From Promethearchaeota archaeon (GTDB lineage: Archaea; Asgardarchaeota; Lokiarchaeia; Sigyniarchaeales; SOKP01): a stretch of 11,181 nt of DNA. Location: positions 1 to 11,181 of the forward strand of contig SDNY01000114.1 in assembly GCA_004524535.1 (NCBI GenBank). Direction: 5' to 3'. The notes under the pieces were generated by a model. That model made no database searches. It was not told where the DNA came from and saw only the letters and a list, made by a program, of their open reading frames with translations. Positions 1-7,028 of this stretch are shown one piece after another. Position 1 is the first letter of the stretch; each line of letters begins with the position of its first letter. Made by a program: the position numbers and the translations under genes.

Positions 1-62
1 AAAACAATCATTATGATTCCAATAAGAATCATGACCGCAAAAACGATCCGCTCCAATGTCAT
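1..62 (-). CDS. Partial (5' end only) membrane or secreted protein, runs off the window
   Basis: Minus-strand ATG at 62 reads MTLERIVFAVMILIGIIMIV.. with no stop to the window edge. Hydrophobic TM/signal-like stretch, preceded by GGTGAG RBS. Confidence 0.65.
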   Translation of the reverse strand, partial: MTLERIVFAVMILIGIIMIV

Positions 63-70
63 TCTTACAA

Positions 71-78
71 CTCACCTT
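71..78 (-). promoter_or_regulatory. Archaeal-type Shine-Dalgarno (AAGGTGAG)
   Basis: ctcacctt on + = AAGGTGAG on -, 8 nt upstream of the ATG at 62. Confidence 0.6.
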
Positions 79-235
79 AGTTTCAATTAGAAATTTGTTT
101 TAAAAATATTTATTATTGAAATTAATAATAAAATTATTTGAGTTAGTATTTATATTTTAACTTTTTAATTTGAAAAGTTAATTATAGTAAAAAAAATCTA
201 AAGTAAGGTTTGAGTATTAAAATAATTAATTTTAA

Positions 236-1327
236 TTATTTAATGAGGTTTTTAGCCTTTAATAGCTCAGCCGTCAATATTGAGCCGCCTGCGGCGCCTC
301 TCACGGTATTATGACTTAGCGCTACGAATTTGTAATCAAATACATTGTCCTTTCTTAATCTTCCAACACTGACAGCCATACCTTTATCGTTGTCTCTATC
401 CTTCCTTGGCTGGGGCCTATCAATATTTTCCAAGTAGATTATAGGTTGTTTTGGTGCAAATGGCAGATCTAATTCTTGTGGCAAGGATTTAAATTCGTTC
501 CAAATTTTAATTATCTCTTCTTTGGAGGGGACTTTATCTTTGAATTTCATATTTACACATGCCGTATGACCATCTGTGACAGGAACTCGAGTACACGTGG
601 AACTTATCTGAATTGAATCATCATTTACTATTCCCTTCTCTCCGACTTTTCCAAGGATCTTATGTGGCTCTAGTTCTGTTTTCTCTTCTTCTCCGCCGAT
701 GTAAGGAACTATATTATCAACAACATCTAATGAAGCTACTCCTGGATATCCTGCACCTGAAACAGCTTGTAGAGTTGTTATTATTAATTTATCAATCTTG
801 TAGCCGGCAACTTCTAACGCATAAATTGCAGTTAAATAACTTTGTAAAGAACAGTTGGGTTTTACTACTATAAAACCTCCTTTATCAAAACCACGATTTT
901 TCTGTTGAATCGGTATTAAATCTGTGTGAGTATAGTTAATTTCGCCTACAATCATTGGGACATCAGGAGTCCATCTGTGAGCAGAATTGTTACTAATTAC
1001 AGGAATTCCTTTTTTTGCATAATTGAATTCAACTTCTTTAATTTGATCTTTAGTGGGCATAGTGATTGCGGAAAATACAAAACTCAAGTCATCTGGAATA
1101 GAATCCATATCTTGGACATCCCTTACAATTACGTCTTTAATGCTGTCTGGAATCAAAATTGGCATTTGCCATTTAGGACCTGCAGCTTCCTCATAAGTTT
1201 TACCAGCAGATCTAGGAGAAGCTGCAATATCCGCTATTTCAAACCAAGGGTGCCTTTCCAATAGACGTAAATAATTTTGTCCTACCACACCGGTTGCACC
1301 GAGCACACCGATTTTTATTTTTTCCAT
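236..1327 (-). CDS. asd: Aspartate-semialdehyde dehydrogenase (archaeal/fungal-type Asd)
   Basis: Rossmann motif GVLGATGVVGQ, HPWFE, ASPRSAGKTY, catalytic PNCS, QAVSGAG, EEEK, RVPVTDGH, SHNTVRGAAG. Confidence 0.93.
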   Translation of the reverse strand: MEKIKIGVLGATGVVGQNYLRLLERHPWFEIADIAASPRSAGKTYEEAAGPKWQMPILIPDSIKDVIVRDVQDMDSIPDDLSFVFSAITMPTKDQIKEVEFNYAKKGIPVISNNSAHRWTPDVPMIVGEINYTHTDLIPIQQKNRGFDKGGFIVVKPNCSLQSYLTAIYALEVAGYKIDKLIITTLQAVSGAGYPGVASLDVVDNIVPYIGGEEEKTELEPHKILGKVGEKGIVNDDSIQISSTCTRVPVTDGHTACVNMKFKDKVPSKEEIIKIWNEFKSLPQELDLPFAPKQPIIYLENIDRPQPRKDRDNDKGMAVSVGRLRKDNVFDYKFVALSHNTVRGAAGGSILTAELLKAKNLIK

Positions 1328-1466
1328 ATGGTTGTATGGTAAGCAATATTGAATAATTTTACGATTTTCTGAGATTACAATTTCTAACTTATTTCAGTTA
1401 TACCAATAACTAATTACAAATTCGCTTTGTCATCCTTAAAATGCAATAACAATTAACTTGTTTGCA

Positions 1467-2450
1467 TTAAGATCGATTAATTTTGGTAAAAATAAATGGA
1501 ATCAAGAGGGTGATAATAAGTGTTAATATTGCATTTTGTATGAATAGAAGAATATCCAATCCTGTTATCAAGCCATAAATAAAAATTAAGAAGATCAATA
1601 GTAATGTTATCCCTATTATTAGATTAATTACTTTTTGCTTAGAATTCAACTCTGAAGGTTCATATTTTACATATTCTCTTTCTAAAAGAGATCCCACTGA
1701 TAATCCCAGTAAAGAACCCCCTGCAATGGCATATATATTTTCCCCATAACCGGCAAATTCAGGAAATAGCAATGTACCTATGACATAAAGTAAAACAGAA
1801 AGTAAGATGGCAAGTATTAGCTTCATTGGTAAACTTAATAAATTGAATTTTTCTGAAATAATAGGTTCCATATATAAGAAAGCAATTAAAATGATAATAC
1901 CTATTAGAAGCCCCCAAATAATTTGCTTAAGACTGTGTACTCCGATGATTACTCTTGAAAGTGCTACAAGAATGATAAAAATTGAAAAAACTACGGGAAT
2001 AAGGTTGGGTCGCGCCTTATCTTTAAACTGATATGCGGTTAATCCCCAAATTGATGCTCCCACTTGAGCATGTCCGGAAGGAAAACCATATCCCACCTCA
2101 CTATATCCACGTTCATCAGCTTTAGTGATATTAGTTAGTGGTCTAGGTTCTTTAATTATTTCCTTTAACATTGAATTACAAATTCCGGAAATACCATACA
2201 TTAAAAAGAAACTGACAGCGAATCGTTTATCATAAATGAAACTAAAAATTGCGAATACTAAAATTAAGAAAAGTGACTCGCCAGTGAAAGTTATGATTTC
2301 AAAAATTAATTGAACAGTAGAATTTTCTATATATAAAGCTTTATTATAATCTAAAATTAATAATATCGTTCCAATAACAAAAAGCAATAAAGACATGACT
2401 CCAATTATCAGTAAAGATCTTTTAGACAATATTTCTTGAGATTCATTCAT
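1467..2450 (-). CDS. PAP2-family integral membrane phosphatase
   Basis: C1 KEIIKEPRP (Kx6RP), C2 FPSGH, C3 SRVIIGVH; many hydrophobic segments. Confidence 0.92.
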   Translation of the reverse strand: MNESQEILSKRSLLIIGVMSLLLFVIGTILLILDYNKALYIENSTVQLIFEIITFTGESLFLILVFAIFSFIYDKRFAVSFFLMYGISGICNSMLKEIIKEPRPLTNITKADERGYSEVGYGFPSGHAQVGASIWGLTAYQFKDKARPNLIPVVFSIFIILVALSRVIIGVHSLKQIIWGLLIGIIILIAFLYMEPIISEKFNLLSLPMKLILAILLSVLLYVIGTLLFPEFAGYGENIYAIAGGSLLGLSVGSLLEREYVKYEPSELNSKQKVINLIIGITLLLIFLIFIYGLITGLDILLFIQNAILTLIITLLIPFIFTKINRS

Positions 2451-2604
2451 AATTATTTATCACCAAAAATTTCTCGAAAGGAAATGATTTTCTTAATACT
2501 TAGTTCGATTTATTATTATTTAAAAATAATTCATAACCAAAAACGTAATATTATACGGTTCCTTAGATTTATCATCGTATATATTTTTTACACAACTTCA
2601 AATT

Positions 2605-3651
2605 ATGAAAAATCCATTTAATGAGTTTTTTCACGTTCCACCCTCACAAGAATTACTGGACATTGCGTTTAAAAGAGCTATGAAAAGTTCTGCTAAGGTT
2701 TCTAAAAACGCTCCAATTCTAATTAAAGCAAAAAAGAAAGAAACTAAGCGGATACAAGTTGCCATTAAAGAATTAATTGACCGTATTCTTAATATAATAA
2801 AAATGGTCCCAATGATAGATGATTTACCGGATTTTTATAAAGAATTAGCATCTTTATTGGTAAATACTGATGAGTTGAAATTAACTCTAGGGAAACTAAA
2901 TGGAATTTTACCCGTTTTGAGCAAAATAGAGAGAGAATATACAAAAAATCTAGGCAAGATTGAAGCTCCGAATGAAGGAGATCAATTAAGAAGATCTGCT
3001 TTCGGGAGGATTTCTTCCATTATAAATAAGCAAAATCATAATCTCCAATATTTAAATGATATAAGAGGCAGATTAAGAGAAATTCCATCAATTGACTATA
3101 CTGTGCCATGTGCTGTTGTTGCGGGATATCCAAATGTAGGTAAAAGCAGCATTGTAAAATTAATCTCTACAAATAAAAAAATTGAAGTCCAAGAATACCC
3201 TTTTACGACCAAAAAATTAAATTTAGGTCATTTAATCCTTAAAAGAAGATTTGATGAGGTAAGAATTCAAATCATGGATTGTCCTGGAATTTTGGACAGA
3301 GAAATGACAACCAGAAATTATATCGAATTACAGGCAATTTTGGCTCTTAGATTAATCTCTGATTTAATCTTATTTATTTTTGATCCTACTCCTGCTTGTG
3401 GGTATTCAGTGGATTCTCAAATAGAGTTATTTAATGAAATAAAACAAAATTTTACCAAAAATGGTAAAATAGACGTTATTATGGTATTTAACAAAATGGA
3501 TTTAGCTAGTTCGTCTGAAATAAATTATCTCAAGGAACAATTAAATTTAAAGGAAGATGACTATTTCTTAACTAATGCTCTAACTGGGGAAAATCTTGAT
3601 TTAATAATTTCCTATTTAAAAAATCGTTATGTGAACGCTGAAAATAAATAA
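2605..3651 (+). CDS. nog1: NOG1-family (OBG-like) GTPase, archaeal short form; ribosome large-subunit biogenesis
   Basis: N-terminal helical domain (LLDIAFKRA, PDFYKEL, FGRISSI); G1 GYPNVGKS, G2 YPFTTK, G3 DCPG, G4 NKMD; ELQAILAL and FIFDPT motifs. Confidence 0.9.
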   Translation: MKNPFNEFFHVPPSQELLDIAFKRAMKSSAKVSKNAPILIKAKKKETKRIQVAIKELIDRILNIIKMVPMIDDLPDFYKELASLLVNTDELKLTLGKLNGILPVLSKIEREYTKNLGKIEAPNEGDQLRRSAFGRISSIINKQNHNLQYLNDIRGRLREIPSIDYTVPCAVVAGYPNVGKSSIVKLISTNKKIEVQEYPFTTKKLNLGHLILKRRFDEVRIQIMDCPGILDREMTTRNYIELQAILALRLISDLILFIFDPTPACGYSVDSQIELFNEIKQNFTKNGKIDVIMVFNKMDLASSSEINYLKEQLNLKEDDYFLTNALTGENLDLIISYLKNRYVNAENK

Positions 3652-3762
3652 AATTTAAATATACTACTCATTCACCATAAAACACAATTAATATTTATTG
3701 ATAATTAAAAAAAAATTTTCCCTATGGCATGTGAGGGTGATTGGAAGATTAGAAGCAATAAT

Positions 3763-3802
3763 ATATAAATAAATAGATCTGTTTAAATAGTTTTATTTAT
3801 AT
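3763..3802 (+). promoter_or_regulatory. Putative vapBC promoter: TATA box (TTTAAATA 3782-3789) flanked by an 11-bp perfect inverted repeat
   Basis: ATATAAATAAA (3763-3773) and TTTATTTATAT (3792-3802). TATA lies 23-30 nt upstream of the vapB ATG, consistent with a leaderless mRNA. Confidence 0.45.
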
Positions 3803-3811
3803 TAATTAATT

Positions 3812-4039
3812 ATGACACAAAAAACGATTTCATTATCAGAGCGGGCATATAATTTACTAAAAAACGAAAAAAGAGAAGGGGAATCATTTTCAAGGTTAAT
3901 AGAAAGGATAATTTCTAAAAAAGACAATCCATGGCTATTAATGCAAAATAAGTTTGATCCAGAATTATGGGAAGGTTTAAAAGAAAATGTAAAAAAAATT
4001 AGAGAAAAAAATTTAACAGGTAATGAAACCAATGATTAA
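3812..4039 (+). CDS. vapB: VapB-type antitoxin (archaeal DUF217-like)
   Basis: KTISLSERAYNLLKNEKREGESFSRLIERII matches the KTIxISxEAYxxLxxxKxxxESFSxVIxRL pattern; 75 aa; overlaps the downstream PIN gene. Confidence 0.88.
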   Translation: MTQKTISLSERAYNLLKNEKREGESFSRLIERIISKKDNPWLLMQNKFDPELWEGLKENVKKIREKNLTGNETND

Positions 4040-4475
4040 AATTATTGAAACTGATGTCGTCATTGATTTTTTGAGAGGTAAAGATCAAAACACCAATGAA
4101 AAAATAAATGAATTGATAAATCAAGGTGTGGATCTAAGAATCACGCAGATCACCGCATGTGAATTATGGTATGGCGTTTATCGTTTAAAATCAAAAAAGA
4201 AACAGATTTCCGAAGTAAAAAAATTAAATAAGTTTTTATTAAATTTTCCAGAAATTCTCACATTAGATAATGATTCAAGTAAAATATATGGCGAAATTTG
4301 CGCTGAATTGGATAATAAGGGACTTCGAGTACCTCAATTTGATCTTTTAAATGCTTCCATTGCGATTGCAAATAAAGTTGCTTTAATAACAAGGGATAAA
4401 CATCATTTTTCAAGGATAAGTGATTTATCTGAATTTGAATTTTTAGAATTATGGCAATCTCCCGATTCTAATTAA
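4023..4475 (+). CDS. vapC: VapC PIN-domain ribonuclease toxin (true start may be ATG 4032)
   Basis: IIETDVVIDFLRG, ITACELWYG, FDLLNASIA, LITRDKHHF PIN motifs. ATG 4032 overlaps the vapB stop (ATGATTAA). Confidence 0.9.
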   Translation: MKPMIKIIETDVVIDFLRGKDQNTNEKINELINQGVDLRITQITACELWYGVYRLKSKKKQISEVKKLNKFLLNFPEILTLDNDSSKIYGEICAELDNKGLRVPQFDLLNASIAIANKVALITRDKHHFSRISDLSEFEFLELWQSPDSN

Positions 4476-4482
4476 TTTTTCT

Positions 4483-5088
4483 TCATTCCCCAAAATTTTC
4501 ATCTAAAACGTGATTTAGGTTTTCTTTAAATTTTAGAAATTCGTTCTTTTTGAACTTCTTAGGAAGAAATCTTTTGCTTTTCTTTCCTAACAACTCAATA
4601 ATAAGAATTATTAATCCGGCTATTAGAAGCGCAGCCATTAAATCTTGAAGTAAATATAACTCTATTATATAGCTAAAAATCGCTAATAGACCAGAAGCTA
4701 AAGAAATAATAAGAACGATAGTCGTAAATAGTCGTATATTAAAAAGAGAATAAATTCTATTCTTTTCTATCGAAATATTCTTACTAAAAGAAAGTTTAAC
4801 CACTCTTATCAAATTATTTTTAATCATAACATTTTTACACGATTTCAATTTAATAAGTGAAATTATTGAATCTTCAATGATTATATTTTGGCAGTTATCT
4901 AGGACTAACATACCTATATCAATATCTTTTAAATGAATATACAGATCTTCTGTCTTAAATATAACATTATAGGGAAGAGTCTCATCTTCAACAATAATAG
5001 GATTATCTTTCGTACCACTACCTTTCCAATCTATTTTTTCAATATTTTCCATTAAGAATTCCTTTTCAATTACATTTGGAATATCCAA
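4483..5088 (-). CDS. Hypothetical membrane protein with short parallel beta-helix (NosD/pectin-lyase-like) repeats and two TM helices
   Basis: WKGSGTKDNPIIV motif; three 18-aa repeats (aa 63-112); two hydrophobic segments aa ~121-167; basic tail. TTG start, alternative ATG at 5052. Confidence 0.7.
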   Translation of the reverse strand: MDIPNVIEKEFLMENIEKIDWKGSGTKDNPIIVEDETLPYNVIFKTEDLYIHLKDIDIGMLVLDNCQNIIIEDSIISLIKLKSCKNVMIKNNLIRVVKLSFSKNISIEKNRIYSLFNIRLFTTIVLIISLASGLLAIFSYIIELYLLQDLMAALLIAGLIILIIELLGKKSKRFLPKKFKKNEFLKFKENLNHVLDENFGE

Positions 5089-5151
5089 TAAAATTCACTT
5101 TTTTTAGTAATTTATTTGATTTTTATATCATAAAATTAAATATAATTAATA

Positions 5152-6246
5152 ATGAATAATCTTTTGATTTTAGGATTAGATATTGGAGGCGTAAATACAA
5201 AAACAGCTTTAATTAAATTTAATAATTCTGAAATTAAAGAATCATTTTCTCATATTGAATATTTTCCGTTTTGGGAGAAAATTATAGATGAAATACTAAA
5301 AATGCTGAGAAAGGTTGTATCCATATTAGAAAAAAAAAGTAATAATAAATATAAACTAATAAATGTTGATTATATTGCCATAACCATTACTGCCGAGCTT
5401 TCTGATGCTTTTCAAACAAAGCGTGAAGGTATTTTGACGATTCTAGATGCCTTGGGAGACGTATTTGAAATTGAAAAATTGCTTTTTATTAATAATGAGG
5501 GTAAATTTATTGATTATGAGACGGCAAAGAGCGAATATTACTCAATCGCAGCAGCAAATTGGGCGTCTACTTCTTTGTTTTTAGGCCATTTTATTTCACA
5601 ATGTGTTTTAATTGATGCAGGTTCAACAACTATTGATATTATTCCTATACTTAATTCAGTTCCTGTTGCTAAAGGTAAGGATGATATTTCAAGGATGTTA
5701 AATCACGAATTGATATATACTGGTGGGTTAAGAGCAACAATCCCATCAATAACGCATGTTGTACCTTATAAAGGAGAGGTAATTCGAATCTCTTTTGAGA
5801 GATTTGCTTTAGTGTCAGATGTACATCGCATATTAAATAATATATCTGAAGAAGAATACATTAATGATACAGCAGATAATAGATCAAAATCAATTGATGA
5901 TTGTTATGCTAGATTAGCTAGAATAATATGTATGGATATTGAAACTATTACTAAGGATGAATTGGACGAAATTGCGGAATATATTTATAAAAAACAAATC
6001 GATATTATATCTGATGAAATTCAGATGTTTCTTACCAATCTAATTAAACGGATACAGGAATTTGAAAATAATCCATTATTTGTAATAACTGGTTTATCTG
6101 CGGACTTTTTAGTGAAAAAATCTTTAAAAAAATTAGGATATAACAATATTAAATATTACGAACAAATAACAAATATACTTGACCGTATTAGCTCTTCTGC
6201 ATTCGCAGTTGCCGGAGCATTATATTATCAATTAAAAGAAAAATAA
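5152..6246 (+). CDS. mfnF: MfnF-like methanofuran biosynthesis coupling enzyme (hydantoinase A/H4MPT-linked C1 transfer family)
   Basis: LGLDIGGVNTK, TAELSDAFQTKREG, AAANWAST, IDAGSTTIDIIPI, ELIYTGGLR, CYARLARIICMD; adjacent to mfnE-like kinase. Confidence 0.85.
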   Translation: MNNLLILGLDIGGVNTKTALIKFNNSEIKESFSHIEYFPFWEKIIDEILKMLRKVVSILEKKSNNKYKLINVDYIAITITAELSDAFQTKREGILTILDALGDVFEIEKLLFINNEGKFIDYETAKSEYYSIAAANWASTSLFLGHFISQCVLIDAGSTTIDIIPILNSVPVAKGKDDISRMLNHELIYTGGLRATIPSITHVVPYKGEVIRISFERFALVSDVHRILNNISEEEYINDTADNRSKSIDDCYARLARIICMDIETITKDELDEIAEYIYKKQIDIISDEIQMFLTNLIKRIQEFENNPLFVITGLSADFLVKKSLKKLGYNNIKYYEQITNILDRISSSAFAVAGALYYQLKEK

Positions 6247-6254
6247 AGGTAATT

Positions 6255-6980
6255 ATGGTAAATAGCTCTTTAATAGCAAAAATCGGAGGAAAAATATTAG
6301 AAAATCCTGAAGATTTGGATTTTACAATTTCTCAATTTAAGTTATTATTAGAAAAGAAAATAATTCAACAAATTATAATCATCCCAGGAGGAGGGTCTTA
6401 TGCTAATTTTATTAGAGAAATTGATGATAAACTAGATATTGGAGACGATCTTGCTCATTGGATGGCAATTTATGCGATTAACCAGGGTGGTAAAAGCCTC
6501 AATAAAGGATATCCAAATATAGAAATAACTGATAATTTTAAAGAATTACAGGAATCTAATAACCCGTTATCTATTTTTCTTCCTTTTAATTATCTATATC
6601 AAACAGATGAATTACCTCATAGTTGGGATGTCACTTCAGATTCGATAACATTATATCTAGCACATAAACTCGAATTAAATGAATGCTATTTTATTAAAGA
6701 TGTAGATGGAATTATCAATGACAAAAAACAAGTTATTAAGGAAATTTCTATAATGGAGTATAAGAACTTAAAAAAATTGGATATATTGGCAAATATTCGT
6801 ACTAATCACGAAGATTTAAAAAAATCGAAACCTATAGACCAGTATTCATTAACTTTAATAGATAAATATAAGATTACTTGCATTATTTTAAATGGTACGA
6901 ATAAAAAATCGAGAATTTTAAGTTATTTTGAAAGTTCTAAGAATAGCGATAATATTTATACTAGAATAAATCATGTATAG
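6255..6980 (+). CDS. mfnE: MfnE-like 5-(aminomethyl)-3-furanmethanol phosphate kinase (amino-acid kinase family)
   Basis: AKIGG, IIPGGGSYANFIR, AHWMAI, LPHSWDVTSDSI, KDVDG; 8 bp downstream of mfnF. Confidence 0.82.
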   Translation: MVNSSLIAKIGGKILENPEDLDFTISQFKLLLEKKIIQQIIIIPGGGSYANFIREIDDKLDIGDDLAHWMAIYAINQGGKSLNKGYPNIEITDNFKELQESNNPLSIFLPFNYLYQTDELPHSWDVTSDSITLYLAHKLELNECYFIKDVDGIINDKKQVIKEISIMEYKNLKKLDILANIRTNHEDLKKSKPIDQYSLTLIDKYKITCIILNGTNKKSRILSYFESSKNSDNIYTRINHV

Positions 6981-7011
6981 AATATACAGAATTATGAAAT
7001 TACAAAACTTT

Positions 7012-7017
7012 AAGGAG
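7012..7017 (+). promoter_or_regulatory. Shine-Dalgarno AAGGAG for the GRE gene
   Basis: AAGGAG 11 nt upstream of ATG 7029. Confidence 0.5.
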
Positions 7018-7028
7018 ATAAAATTAAA

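Noticed and set aside
613-1264. + strand ORFs 613-873 and 926-1264
   Set aside because: Antisense shadows of asd with no recognisable motifs.
236-1327. Asd paralogue malonyl-/succinyl-CoA reductase
   Set aside because: Asd motifs look intact and there is no 3HP/4HB-cycle context; ordinary asd is the simpler call.
1441-1467. Imperfect hairpin ATGCA(AT)AACAA-TTAAC-TTGTTTGCAT at the PAP2 stop; possible riboswitch or attenuator upstream of asd
   Set aside because: Weak AT-rich stem with a bulge; no lysine-riboswitch features or amino-acid-rich leader peptide seen.
1807-2031. 74-aa + strand ORF
   Set aside because: Antisense to the PAP2 gene.
2436-2621. 61-aa ORF
   Set aside because: Spans the divergent promoter region, overlaps both flanking starts, has a non-ATG start and AT-driven composition.
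3724-3768. 14-codon ORF MACEGDWKIRSNNI and a GGTGA motif in the nog1-vapB spacer
   Set aside because: Too short, no RBS before it, and GGTGA is not positioned before a credible start.
3802-4032. 76-aa - strand ORF
   Set aside because: Antisense shadow of vapB.
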